Shown one piece after another: positions 36,241 through 50,599 of a stretch of DNA of 64,000 bases. Position numbers and translations under genes: made by a program. The stretch's first letter is position 1. Each line of letters opens with the position of its first letter. A model generated the notes under the pieces. It was not told where the DNA came from. It ran no database searches and saw nothing but the letters and a program-made list of their open reading frames with translations. Where the stretch lies: positions 291,152,001 through 291,216,000 of the forward strand of contig OZ024743.1 of the NCBI GenBank assembly GCA_964016885.1, written 5' to 3'. The DNA is from Eledone cirrhosa. Taxonomy: Eukaryota.

Positions 36241-39200
36241 TTCATGAGATAAAAATTTCAACTTTAGAAAGAAATTGTTGGCACCAGGTCGTGTGAACAG
36301 ATCATGCTATAGCTTTTATAAACTAAATGGAAATTCTCTATAATTATGTCTAATATTATACGGTTTTGCACAATGATTCAAAATGTTATATACTGTGGCC
36401 TTTGTTTATGGAATGCACTGACGCCACAGGTTTCAAAATTGAGACGTATATGTACAACATTTTCAATCACAATCAGCAAGAATGTAACTACACCGGGCAT
36501 GTGTTTAGCTGTGATTATATCATGGCTACCCAACCAATGGGATAAAGCTGGTGCTTGTTTACATAGGCTTTCATGCTGAAGTCTGAAAGAGAATAACTCT
36601 TTATAAATTTTATAAAGCAATACCTTATGAAAAACCGTATAAAATTAGACATAAATATAGAGAATTTGCTGACCCGGTTAATATCTGATGTGAACTCATG
36701 TACACGATAATCCACATATTTTCTCATTGCATATCTTAATGTGTGTACATTATACGTAACTATATCATTTAGTGTTCTTAATAATGCAGTGTAGAGCGGT
36801 GCATTTGCAGTATCGGTAGAGTATGGGACAACATGATTGCGGTGTAGATTTGCATTCCTTCACGTTCTCAGTTCAAATCCTACAAAGATTAGCTGTGCCT
36901 GTCATCGTTACGTGGTCGACAAAATAAAATATCAGTAACGCGATGGGTCAATTTAATTGATTCACAAAAACGTTTGTTGGCCAAAATCAGAAACCATTAT
37001 TAACGCAAAATGATTTCGAATAAAATTATGTGATCCAATAATGCATATATTGATGTATACTAACGATGATGTCACTGTGAATGTCGTTAGCCGTGGTCAT
37101 ATCATTGCTAGATTTGCATCCATGTAAGTGCACTGTTCTTGCGCATTCCTTAATTCTCTCTAGCAATATTTTACTGATACCTATATCTGTAAGCCAGGGT
37201 GTGTTTAGAGATTTTGAAAGCAGACAATCTTCGTTGAAAACGAATTTAGACATGGTGAAACATTGTCGGACTCCCATGAATCCCTTTTATATAAATTGGT
37301 CTTAATATTAACAATATTTGTTTTATTGGGTTGAAAATGACACACACGTTATCTTTCTCCCCTTTTCTCTATATATATGTCTCTCTAACCATCACAATGT
37401 CATACACGCACACACACACTTTAAATACATTTCTTTAGTAGATTCGTTACATATGATTCAAAATTATTGCGATTATTAAATGTTCCAGATTTAATGGATT
37501 GCTTGCTTAACAACGGTAGACATGTCAATAGACCTGCTCATATTTATTAGTCATAACGCATCCCATATATCGTATGCTTTATTTATGAGGTAATAACAAG
37601 CAAGATATTCTATTGTAGAAAGCGACTTAAGCGTTATCAGACATAACAGCTTCCATGTAAGAAGGACCATTTGCGATGATACCTCGCGTCAGTGTATAAA
37701 AATGAAGATAAAAAGGGTAAAATGATAATTTTTGTTTATGGAGCAAATTATAATTCCTTGGGTCGACATTAGAAACTAATAACAAGTTCGTGTTATAGCT
37801 GCAGTAGTTGTATTTAATAAATCTGTCTCATGTATGTTGAACGTTGACATAAAGGCAGCGCCAGCAACAAGATATGATTGTTAGGTAATATAACACCAAG
37901 CCGTACCATTAAATTCTGCAGCAAATGTAAAAGCATAAACGCAATCTTTAATATACGTTCACTAAAACACTATCTCGTAAGGTGTTATGTTGAAGAACGC
38001 AATCTCTGAATCGAAATAAGCAGAAGCAATATGTTTCTTTTATCGGAAATTTAATTTCTTTGCCATCGCCTTACTTGGTCTGCTTTTTATCCGATAAAAT
38101 TACCGGGAATTCTCGTGATGTAGGCGACGTTCTACCAATTTCAAAATAGCTAAGTGGTTCACACCTCATTTCGTTTGTGTAGAGTAATAATTCTTCACAA
38201 ATTATTTCGGGTATTAGACTACGCGATTCCAATATTGCTAGATAACATCCATGATCACCTCACGTTTAATTACAATATTTTCTATATTGTTACTTCGGTA
38301 ATGCTAATGAGAGAGATATATAGAAAACATATTAAACGGATAACCTATCTGTGATCGGTTATATATATTGCCTCCATATGTTTCATAATAGTAAACACAT
38401 CCCAGTAATATATACACTGTACTATGTGTTTGGTTAAATGAAATACCATCCTCTGCATTCCAGTACACTTATTGGAAACTATACATAACAAGTTCGTAGT
38501 GTCTGCTGTAGTAAGCAACAGAGACATTTTCACATCGGTGGTTCATATATTTCTGCTCGTATATGCACCATTTCTACTGCCACTGTCTAGGCTCTTCACA
38601 AACAATATGATGGTTATCGTGTCACATGACAGCAGGTATACTCGACAAACTCGTTCCTCCTCATATCATCACCAGTAATATTCTAATCATTACGCCTAGT
38701 CATTCCTTACCCTATCGTATTCAACTAGCTATTCAATCTGTGTTCATATTTTTTCCGGCAACAGATAGCTTACAGCCGTTCAGAAGCAACTTGTATTGCA
38801 TCAATCTGAACGAATGCTGATTAACAGAAAAACTATGGAAACACCACTTTCCGTATTGATTGCAATTGCAACTATATCAATTTTCATCAAGACATTTTAT
38901 CTCATGGATTAGACCAGAATCATCCACAAAATGTGTTGCTTACATATACGAGTCAAAAACTCTAAGTGGTGCTTAGTTGAGATGTAAAATTCTTTCAATG
39001 GGCGAATTCATGTTACATTCGGCCATATTTTACTACATACTTTAGTGATCTCGACACAAAATATTTATGTCATGTGTCATGAGATAAAGTGTGTGAAAAA
39101 CCTTTTCTTCGATGATCTCACATCCAGTCTAAAATTGATTCATAGCAACCATTCTAATAATATGCTTCATAAGGACCTGAACGCTAAATGTTAACCCGAA

Positions 39201-42200
39201 TGTTAAATTTCTACTTTCGTATTCATAATTAATGGTACCATAATTTTATTGAGATTTATTTTGATTTATTTGAGCTAACCCTATATATTTATATTTATAT
39301 TTAATATATAACACACTGGAGAAAATATGAGTACAACGACTTTCATTTCTCATTAATCTATAAGCATTTGACATAATTATAAGGAGAATTTATTGACGGT
39401 AAAGGTCACTGTTTAAATATACGGGATACTTAGATTCAATCACTGGAGTTATGATAATATTCCATCGGCATAGTGTATTTAAGCTTAAAGCCGATTAGTT
39501 AAAATTGAAGTCAAGCGGGACCTCAACAGTGATTGAGCAAATGTTACAACTTCCTGTATCGCTGTCGATAGACTCATATAACAATCTCTTTTCCAAATCG
39601 TTATTTAATTATTTGTAACGTTTCCGTTTGAATTGTCAGAAAGATTATGCATTCTACATCTTATAAATCTATCATCTAAGAATATAGATAATGTTTATAA
39701 GAAGATGTAGCTCAGACGCAGAAAATAACAGCAATGATACTCAGTTGCTAGAAAATAGCTTACAAAAATTGAGTAGAGACCCCTTGAAACGGAAAAAAAG
39801 TTGTCAGAAACCACTACAAAATATCTAATTTTGTGATACGGAAATATAGACTTCGAATCTTCATAGCGCTCGTTGACAATGTTTATATCTTTTCTAAAGA
39901 TATTCACAAGAAATTTATAAGCTGGTTTGTAGAAACTGACTGTATTTGCAGTTATCTTCTGCACTTGAGCTTCCTATACCTGTTATAAATTTATTTCCTC
40001 GGCACATATTAAGTTAAAAAATTGGAGCTTCACTCACGCCCTTTGGTTATCGATGATATGTTTTTGCCAATGTCCCTGAAGTGGAGCAGGTTGACTTGCA
40101 TTCATAGGTCGCTGGAATTTTCCCACAATGCACCCTGCTCCGTTGTGTGTCTGGGCGAGGAAAACTGATAGTCAGTCAGTAAGGCGCGCATGAAGGCATC
40201 GCCAGTCATATACAAAGGAGATCACCTTCATTCACGGTGATCATATTGATGACTTTTTTAAAACAAATCGATAATGGGCATCTAGTGGTCCGAAATATTA
40301 AAGGGAAAAATCGTTGTATATAAGTGGCCAAATCCATTCAATAGGTGTCCACAGATATTCCGTCAACCCACATTCACTCATATGACTACGGTTTATCCAC
40401 GGTTATGGATGCCCTGCAGTGGGACGGAATACAGAATCTCAATATTTAGAAACGATCTTCTTCATATGTGTACCTTTATATTTATATATAGTTAAATATA
40501 TGTGCTAACGCTTACAGATTGTACTTTCAGTGGCTGCCATATATCTATTTGTGCGTCAAATTAAAATGAGCAGGATAACACTGTACGGGGTTCCATATTT
40601 AATCTGGATATTTAGTAAGTAATAACCATCAGAGTGAGTAGCATCAACTTCTTTGCCAACACACTCATTTCTCGGGCATCAAACATGTTATCTTATTTGA
40701 ATACTTGCTTTTTCTACTTCCTTACAAAGACCTCTGCCTGTCGGATTATTTTCAGGATGTCACGAGTCACTCATTTCCCGCTCGTCGTCACCAATCTTGT
40801 GAAAAATCTCACATTAATAAGCATATTCCTTTACCCACAGCAAAACAGAGAAATATCAGCCCAGCAACTCCGCTAAGAATATATTTTATAAAACATGCTG
40901 AATATACCTGTTGTTTACCAGAATAGGCATACACTTCTGACTATCTTACTGCAGCTGATTATTTTTCTCTTTTTGAACTTCTACTAATATCGTTAAAGCA
41001 TCTTTCCAAGCAGGTTTCATTTGCTCTCTGATTTCCATCTAACTTCAAGCAATAGAGACAAAGAACATATCATCCATCAATGCTGCATTTACCGCCTCTA
41101 AGTTCAAAATCATGTAGGATTTAGACATCATGTCATTCCAAGTTGAGTCAGACTAATTTTGTCTCTGTGTCAGTATTGCTATACGTTTAGATACTGAGTA
41201 AAAAAAATGAACACCCTCTAGAAAAACAGGCCCTTAGCAGAATTCTCAACCCAAATCAGTAAAGCATTATGTGGCATACCTGGAGGCTTTAATATTAGAT
41301 AAAATTCGAGTATAGAGAAATAGGTGGCAGGGAAACTCAGAGTGAATACAAAATATGATTTACTGAACGACATCGTAAATATTAAATGCAAAGGTGATAT
41401 CGGAGTAATTCGAATCAGAGGGTAGAGAGTCGGAACAAATACTACTACAAAGCGATTGAATTGAAACAATACTTTTTCTTGTGTTAGCGCTTCATATTTC
41501 ATTTTGATTAAACAACATTTTCGTCCCCACCTACAACGAGTTTCACAATATATTTATATAGTTTAAATACCGGTGAAATTATCTTCGTTGACACTTGAAC
41601 TGACAGAACAAAAGCCTAGCCTCGGTAATAAAACACTAATGATTTATATAGTGAACAGACACAGACAAATATTTCCTTAAAATACTAAATGGGGAAAAGT
41701 TTGATCTCAGCTTTGCTAGACAAGGCTTCCAGTAGGGATAAAAAAAAACACCTCTAAAATAAGTAGAAGAAAATACATACCACAGATATATGCTAGAAGC
41801 AGTGAATCGCCAATTCGGAGCATAAATGAAATATAATCGCGGCTTTCTCTGTTCTGAATTAAAGCCCCACTGATAATTCAACTTTTCCTTTCATACTATC
41901 GGGGTGTCGGCGGGATAGATCGAGCACCACGGATAATACCGGACAGTTGTTCCGGTTGTGTGCAATCTAAGTTTAAATATATGGCTTACATTGCGTGTGG
42001 ATTTAATATTGACTGATGAAATACCTTAATTTGGCACCTGGGTTCCGTTGGTGTGGTCCTCTATCTTACAAGCATTTGTACTGGTACTGGTTTCCAATCA
42101 CCTTCAATGGACAGGTATATTATCTAATGATATCAAGCGTAATCTCATAGTGTTCAGCTGTTCTGTCGATCTGAATATTTATCTGAAAATTAATAACAAA

Positions 42201-42507
42201 AAGAATAAATATGAACAGTTATTTTGAAGGCTTCCACTTCCCTATCCACATTATGTACCAACAATTATTGGAGTGCTTCGCTATATGAATAATACATAAT
42301 CGATAATCGTGGGAAAACGTTTAGCTATCTTATACCTTCCAAATACACATCATAAACGAAACAATTTAAAGTATGGAAAAGAACTTGATTAAAGTTGAAA
42401 ATTTAACACTCACCATGTTATCCAAATACAAGCGGGTTTTATTTCTTTGCTAGAAACCTGCTTGTTCCTCACAGGAATTATTGAATAATTAAAAAAAAAG
42501 AGAGACA

Positions 42508-42539
<32 letters not shown>

Positions 42540-43283
42540 AAATCCTGGGAAATAAAAGCTGAACTAAGCCATTAGTATTATGCAGTTGTTTCCTATTTAT
42601 TGTTGATTTCATTAATATTTGACAGGAGAAAGAAACAAAAATGTTTAATTTGTTATCGTATTCACACAGCAGAAATCACTGACTCTAAGAAATTGGCTTC
42701 ATTAAAATTGTTTCAGCTGGTGTGTGAGATTTTCATTTAGGTTGTACCTAATTAGCCAATCCCAATTGTTTCTTCGATAAAATTAATCACTATAATAACA
42801 AACAGTATTTAAACTAAAACAAATTAATTGAGAAACGCAGTATGAAGTTGAAAGAATAGAATCTCCCACTTACTAATCTTAAATTCGATGTTAACTCATC
42901 CTAAACATCTCAATCTAGTACTCTACATCCATCACATCGACCTCATAATAGTCATCATCATATTTATTGGCATTATTCCTGCATTCAGAATTTTAAATCT
43001 TCCTTTTATCCTGTGTTTAAAACAACGGAATAACATTTTATTCCACTCCCCTCAAACCTTCTTCCTATTTATATACCTCAAGATGTTCATGAACAACAAC
43101 AACAAAAAGCAAACCAAAGCCAGCTAAAGCAAATAACTAACAATGTAAACAACATCCTTGACAAAATGCCGACTAGAATCATAAAAGACTCCAACAGTAT
43201 TATCAACATGATAGAATATACATTGCTAAAGAGCGCTATATCGGACACGCACACCCCCCCCCCACACACACACACGCACACAC

Positions 43284-43345
<62 letters not shown>

Positions 43346-43431
43346 GTAGGTCCCGGGTTGAGTCGGGGATAACCACAGTAAGTAAGGTACTCAATACATG
43401 GCAGAGTAAAATATATTTATTGTATAGAAGG

Positions 43432-43482
43432 AGCTTCTACAGGACTAGAACTGTTTCATTCAGATGAAATCTTCAGGAAGCT
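43432..43482 (-). ncRNA. Type I hammerhead in the pLTR, intact (mirror copy at 47818-47868 + has one stem I mismatch; decayed relative near 57010-57055)
   Basis: AGCTTC-CTGAAGA-tTTC atct GAAt-GAA-ACAG ttctagtc CTGT-A/GAAGCT. Confidence 0.85.
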
Positions 43483-44192
43483 GGGTGTCATATAAAGTTC
43501 TGGTATTTATACATTTAGGTAGTGGTAAGGGAGGGGTGGTGGCTGGGGGGGATGTTTTGGGTAGGTTGGTATTTAGATACACAGGACCATAACATGGCAC
43601 AGACCGTTTTTTTCTTTGGGGAGTGGTCAATTAGCCGGAGTGCTTTTGTAAAATAAAAATAAAAAAAAAAGAAAAAGAAAAAGAAAAAGAAAAAGAAAAA
43701 GAAAAAGAAAAAGAAAACGAAAAAAAAAACGAAAAAGAAAAAGAAAAAAAAAAGAAAAAGAAAAAGAAAAAGAAAAAGAAAAAGAAAAAGAAAAAGAAAA
43801 ACTAAATAAATAAATAAATGAATAAATAAATAAATAAATGAATAAATAAATAAATAAATAAATGAATAAAAATAAATAAAAATCCCAAGAATATTAATTC
43901 AACAGATATATAGTAGGGACATTTTTTTAGGTGGGTTGGTATTAGAAGATAAACAAGACCGAATCATGGCACAGACCATTGTTCTATGGTGAGTGGTCAA
44001 GTTAACATACAGGCTACAGATGGCCAGAGTGTTTTGTAGAATGAAAAGAATAAAATATATTTACATACTCACAACCACATACATAAACACTTACACACAC
44101 ATATATGTATGTCTATACATATATATATATATATATACACACAAAAAAACACATACACACACATATACACAAACACGCATACACATACACAC

Positions 44193-44224
<32 letters not shown>

Positions 44225-44307
44225 ATGTCTCTCGGTATAAACTATTCTATACATACATATACACACATATACATACACATACATACGCACACACAAACAC
44301 ATACATC

Positions 44308-44355
<48 letters not shown>

Positions 44356-44655
44356 TACACATATATACACATAACACACATACAAATACATACACATATA
44401 CACATATACACATGCATGCACTCGTTCACACACATATATGTATCTATATATATTGGGAAAAAGTAGTGGGACAAATTATAAACTGAGCCTGATAAAAGAT
44501 TAAAATATTTATTATCACTACTAAATTATTAATATTATCATCAAGTAAATAATTATTATTTATTTATTATTTACCATTCACTATCTATTACCTATCTTTT
44601 ATCTTTTATCTATTCATTATTTAATCATTCATTTATTAAATAATAAATAAATGAA

Positions 44656-44686
<31 letters not shown>

Positions 44687-45142
44687 ATCTCGAACGTGTG
44701 CGTGCAGCAGTTCATAACTGCACGAATGCAAGCATGAGCAGATATATACGTGAATGTGTGTGCGGCCACGGAACCTTATTCAGAGGCATACAACACAATA
44801 TAGAGACCTGGAGGGGAGGAAAGAAAGTAATAATGAGAGATGGAGGGGAGGAAAGAAGGTAATAATGAGAGATGGAGGGACGGAAGTGGGATGGGGGACG
44901 GGGGTGGGGTGGTGATATGGGGGAGTCAATCGGGGGGCCGGGTCTGTAGTTTTTGTAATTTGCATAGTTCTTGTGCATGCAATTAGGGGAGTGTTCCGAG
45001 ATCTTGTTGAGGAGAGGGCCTTTGGCGAATAGAATCTCATAGCTCTCGGAGATACAGAGGTCACAGCAATTATGGCCTCCCGTGTAAGATCGCGCTCTCT
45101 GGAGTAGTCTCCATTGGGTCTTGAAGGGGATGGAGTTCATTT

Positions 45143-46570
45143 CCATGCACGTAAGACTGTTCTTTACCATGACAGATCCCACTGGATCAACAAAAAATCT
45201 GAGACCCCTTCGACGTTAGCATAGGTGCTAGCGACTGGGCTGTAATAAGTGACCTTGTGGGTCTGTTCATCCTCCACAGGTTGAATACCCTCTTCACAGG
45301 CCTCTCCCACGGTCTCTACCGAGATGACGACCTCTTTGCCCTCCATAAAATCAACCCCAGGACCACGGATGGGTTCAGGAAAAACCTCTACACTTTCTTT
45401 AAAAACTTAGGCCTTAGGATTACCTTAGATTCGAACTTCACTAAGGCTAATTTCCTAGACGTTACCCTCGACTTAGAAACTTCCCTTTACTACCCGTACC
45501 ACAAACCTAATGAATCCCTTAGATATATAGACGTTAATTCTAACCACCCCAAACATATATTAGACAACCTAGTGAAAAGTGTCTCCATTAGCATATCTAG
45601 CATCGCCGCCAATGAAGATATCTTTAGAGCAGCAAGCCCCTATTACAACGAGGCCCTGGCCCGCAGCGGCTTTAGAGATAAGATCACCTACCTTAGTATA
45701 TCCCCACGCCCACCCAGAAATAATAGGCGAAGGCACATTAGCTGGTACAACCCCCCCTTCAACCGCGAAGTTTCAACACCTGTAGCTAAAATTCTCTTCA
45801 CTCTCCTACAAAAACATTTCCCCACCCAACATAGGTACTATACAATCCTTAATAAGAATACCATCAGACTCTCCTACTCTACCACACCTAATCTAGCTAG
45901 GAACTTAGCCAACAATAACGTCAATAAGCTAAATAAGTCTACTTTTTCCGAAGCCCATCCAGCAACCGATGGCAATTGCAATTGCCCTGATAAGACAACT
46001 TGCCCCCTCAACAACAACTGTCTAAAAAAAGATCTCGTCTATATATGCGATGTACTCTCAGGCCCCGATGAAAAAAGAAACTCGTACATCAGGATGACTT
46101 CTAACAGTTTTAAGACCCGCTGGTACGCCCACACACATTCGTTCCGGAGCCCAGACAAATCTAACCAAACAACACTCGCCGCCCACATCTGGCACCTTAA
46201 AAGGAACTCCATCTCCTTCAAGACCCAATGGAGACTACTCCAGAGAGCGCGATCTTACACGGGATGCCATAATTGCTGTGACCTCTGTATCTCCGAGATC
46301 TATGAGATTCTATTCGCCAAAGGCCCTCTCCTCAACAAGATCTCGGAACACTCCCCTAATTGCATGCACAAGAACGATGCAAATTACAAAAACTACAGAC
46401 CCGGCCCCCCGATTGACCCCCCCCCCCATATCACCACCCCACCCCCGTCCCCCATCCCACTTCCGTCCCTCCATCTCTCATTATTATCTTCTTTCCTCCC
46501 CTCCATCTCTCATTATTACCTTCTTTCCTCCCCTCCAGGTCTCTATATTGTGTTGTATGCCTCTGAGTAA
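45143..46570 (+). pseudogene. PLE RT C-half, thumb and GIY-YIG endonuclease (5'-truncated)
   Basis: FDVSIG..DLVGLFIL, GLYRDDDL, FLDVTLDL, YIDVNSNHP, WYNPPF, CNC..CPL..C, LVYICDV..SYIRMT..FKTRW..H, CDLCISE, LLNK. Confidence 0.9.
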
Positions 46571-47115
46571 GGTTCCGTGGCCGCACACACACATTCACGT
46601 ATATATCTGCTCATGCTTGCATTCGTGCAGTTATGAACAGCTGCACGCACACGTTCGAGATTTATTTATGTATTTATTTATTTATTTATTTATTTATTCA
46701 TTTATTTATTATTTAATAAGTGAATGATTAAATAATGAATAGATAAAAGATAAAAGATAGGTAATAGATAGTGAATGTTAAATAATAAATAATAATTATT
46801 TACTTAATGATAATATTAATAATTTAGTAGTGATAATAAATATTTTAATCTTTTATCAGGCTCAGTTTATAATTTGTCCCACTACTTTTTCCCAATATAT
46901 ATAGATACATATATGTGTGTGAACGAGTGCGTGTATGTGTATATGTGTATATGTGTATGTATTTGTATGTGTGTTATGTGTATATATGTGTATGTGCATA
47001 TATATATATATATGTGTGTGGATGTATGTGTTTGTGTGTGTGTGTATGTATGTGTATGTATGTGTGTGTATATGTATGTATATGTATGTATATAATAGTT
47101 TATACCGAGAGGAAT

Positions 47116-47181
<66 letters not shown>

Positions 47182-47511
47182 ATGTTTATATGTGTGTGTA
47201 TGTGTATGCGTGTTTGTGTATATGTGTGTGTGTATGTGCTTTTTTGTGTGTGTATATCTATATATGTATAGATATACATATATATGTGTGTGTAAGTGTT
47301 TATGTATGTGGTTGTGAGTATGTAAATATATTTTATTCTTTTCATTCTACAAAAACACTCTGGCCACCTGTAGCCTATATGTTAACTTAACCACTCACCA
47401 TAGAACAATGGTCTGTGCCTTGCTTCGGTCTTGTTTATCTTCTAATACCAACCCACCTAAAAAAAATGTCCCTACTGTTGAATTAATATTCTTGGGGTTT
47501 TTATTTTTTTT

Positions 47512-47558
<47 letters not shown>

Positions 47559-47788
47559 TACATTTATTTATTTATTTATTCATTTATTTATTTATTTATT
47601 TACTTTTTCTTTTCTTTTTCTTTTTCTTTTTCTTTTTCTTTTTCTTTTACAAAAGCACTCCGGCTAATTGACCACTCCCCAAAGAAAAAACGGACTGTGC
47701 CATGTTATGGTCCTGTGTATCTAAATACCAACCTACCCAAAAAATCCCCCCCCCCAGCCACCACCCCTCCCTTACCACTACCTAAATG

Positions 47789-47796
47789 TATAAATA
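47789..47796 (+). promoter_or_regulatory. Candidate TATA box (TATAAATA) of the pLTR, ~30 nt upstream of the HHR
   Basis: TATAAATACCA also precedes the related HHR near 56979. Function is inferred. Confidence 0.4.
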
Positions 47797-47879
47797 CCAG
47801 AACTTAATATGACACTCAGCTTCCTGAAGATTTCATCTGAATGAAACAGTTCTAGTCCTGTAGTAGCTCCTTCTATACA

Positions 47880-47936
<57 letters not shown>

Positions 47937-48053
47937 TTCATTAGTTAAGCAAAACAAGACCACAAATTTCACAAGGAAGACATTATTAAAGGATTGTCAA
48001 CATATTTTAGTTTGATGTAAGGAATTTAGAGAATAATAATAATACTATTAATA

Positions 48054-48242
48054 ATTATTGTTTCTACTTTAGGCAAAAGGCCAGCAATTATCCAGTGCAT
48101 TACTGGTACTTTATTTTATCGACCCCGTAAGGATGAAAGGCAAAGTCAACCTCGGCGGGATTTGAACTCAGATCGTAAAGGGACGTAACTATGCTGGAAA
48201 GCATGGCGTCCGACCCTCTACCGAAACTACCAATCCACCGCC
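48054..48242 (-). mobile_element. tRNA-derived SINE, same family as 36065, with (ATT)n tail
   Basis: Reverse-complement match including A and B boxes. Confidence 0.87.
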
Positions 48243-48564
48243 CTATTAATACTATTAATAATAATAATATCCGTTTACAATTGTTTCGCTACTCCATATA
48301 ATATTTCTGGATCAAATGATTATATATCATTATTTATCTGGTTCAGTTGAAAATAATTAACATAGGTAAATATAGAGCAGCTCAATGGAACTTCAAAGGA
48401 ATATAAATTAAAATAAGGAAAGAATGTTACATAAATGTAATGTTCCATATATTGCAGATTGAGAACATGCCTTTACGCTTTGGCCTCTAACTAATTCACC
48501 AATATCTCCTCTCCTATCTCCTCTCCTATTTCCATCTCTCTCTTTAAAATTGGTTATTCTTGAA

Positions 48565-48628
<64 letters not shown>

Positions 48629-48763
48629 CCCACTTGAATATATATCTATTGATGGTATACAAGCTCCTACATGAATTGGTATAATTTCACCCAAATTGTA
48701 GTAATCCTATAACGAAACGAGACGTCCATCTGGGAAGAGATATATTCAATATGTCTCATATGA

Positions 48764-48942
48764 AATAATTGTTTCTACTTTTGGCACAAGGCCAGCAATT
48801 ACCCAGTGCATTACTGGTACTTTATTTTATCGACCCCGTAAGGATGAAAGGCAAAGTTAACCTCGGCGGGATTTAAACTCAGAATGGCAGGGGCCGTAAC
48901 TCTATGCGTTGAAGCATGGCGTCCGACCTTCTACCGATACTG
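48764..48942 (-). mobile_element. tRNA-derived SINE, same family
   Basis: Reverse-complement match. 5' end is eroded. Confidence 0.85.
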
Positions 48943-48976
48943 GTTCGTTATAATTATCGAGCTCTTGCCACACATC

Positions 48977-49228
48977 TCGGAAGTTGTTTCTCGCTAATTT
49001 CGAAAGCCGAAATACGATTCTCGCTAATTTATATTTGTATTAATCTCCTTAGTCTAGCTATTGACCAGTTAATTTTCTTGATTTTTTTAGTTGATTCTAT
49101 TGACTGATGAATAGCTTTTGTTAACTTTGAAACCATTCTGTTGAGACCTTAATTCGTTTTGTGATATTTTGCTATTTCGGAAGTTGTTTTTCGCTAATTT
49201 CCAAAACCGAAATACGATTCTCGCTAAT

Positions 49229-49234
<6 letters not shown>
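48977..49234. repeat. 58-bp direct repeats with a 200-bp period, ending in (TA)n
   Basis: TCGGAAGTTGTTT..CCGAAATACGATTCTCGCTAATTTATAT at 48977 and 49177. Confidence 0.8.
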
Positions 49235-49316
<82 letters not shown>

Positions 49317-49424
49317 AATGTTAATAAAGAAAAAAAAAAATATATATATATATATTTATATATATATATATGTATATGTATGCATATATATATATATAAA
49401 TATATAAGTAGAATAGAATGTAGG

Positions 49425-50240
49425 CAACCACGTCACCTTTTTGTTTAACTCTGACACAGGAACGATGTAGTAGTTTCAAGCTTTTTAGCTATCGTCAGCA
49501 TCGTATACATTCCAGCCAGATGGTTGAACGTCTGAAAGTATATACTTTCCTTATGCATATTAAGGGGTGAGCAGCCTAATTTGCATATCAAGTGCGTTTA
49601 GTCGTCCGTGCTCACCGAAAACGATAAATGGAATAGAATTAAACGAAATTTCATTTCTCACTCTTAGTACGGGAATTACTTAAATGGAAGTATGTATGTA
49701 TGTATACGTACATACATATATGTATACAGACGTACAGTACTATCTATATATACACATACATGCACACATATATATATGCACGTATCGGTTTAGCGAACAT
49801 TTATTATAATGCTCGGTTTGTTTGTAAACAAGCAAACAGCCCGAATTACGCCGTACAGTGTTTAGGGAACCACGTCACCTTTTTGTTCAACACTGCCACA
49901 GGAACGATGTACTAGTTTCAAGCTTATTAGCTATCGTCGGCATCGTATACCTTCCTGCCAAATGGTTGAACGTCTGAAAGTATATATTTTCCTTATGCTT
50001 ATTAACGCCTGAGCAGCCTAATTTGCATATCGAGTGAGTCTAGTCGGCCGTGCGCACCGAAAACGATAAATGGAATAGAACTATTTTTTAGAAACAAACC
50101 GAGCAATATAATAAATGTTCGGTAAACCGATACGTGCATATATATATGTGTGCATGTATGTATATATATACATACTACTGTACGTCTGTATACATATATG
50201 TATATACGTATACATACATACATACATACATACATACTTA
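49425..50240 (-). mobile_element. Second locus of the retrozyme-like family: tandem units (442-bp period) plus a terminal inverted segment at 50092-50240
   Basis: Reverse complement of the 23689-24557 units. HHR at 49462-49504 (core intact) and 49904-49946 (CCGACGA). Confidence 0.8.
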
Positions 50241-50537
50241 TATATATATATATATACATACATATACAGGCTCACGCAAACAGACACAAAAAATACACTT
50301 ACATATACATACATATGTACATATACATACATACCTATAAACATATATATATATTTATTTATTTGGATCACCACTGGATAGAACTGGTCATTCTGTGTTA
50401 TCAATCACTATGTTATAGAAAGCACTCAACGTAATGCAACTCGCCCGTCTTCGTTTGTGTAGTTGGTGGTGCGAGTACGGAGTTAATTATTAGAAAATAA
50501 CAGGAGACATGTACTGGTGTAAATCCTTGAAAATTGT

Positions 50538-50599
50538 ATTATACTATGACCATTTCAATGACCGGGTTCAGTATGAATCCGGTGAGATCATCAGGTAAT
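50538..50599 (-). ncRNA. Type I hammerhead candidate with long stem II
   Basis: ATTAC-CTGATGA-tctc ACCGGATTCA tac TGAACCCGGT catt-GAA-ATGGTCAT-A/GTAtAAT. The base of stem II pairs poorly. Confidence 0.6.

Larger units (their letters stand above)
43347..47883 (+). mobile_element. 5'-truncated Penelope-like element with inverted duplication of its 3' ~1.7 kb (giant fold-back)
   Basis: 43415-45138 is the reverse complement of ~46204-47883. Sense ORF starts at the junction near 45143. HHR at both outer ends. (TA)n flanks. Confidence 0.93.

Noticed and set aside
39695-39964. 89-aa minus-strand ORF as a host exon
   Set aside because: No recognisable domain, and splicing from the neighbouring candidate exon meets stops.
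40083-40141. Pre-miRNA hairpin
   Set aside because: The stem is interrupted by a large bulge and loop, and cannot be supported without small-RNA data.
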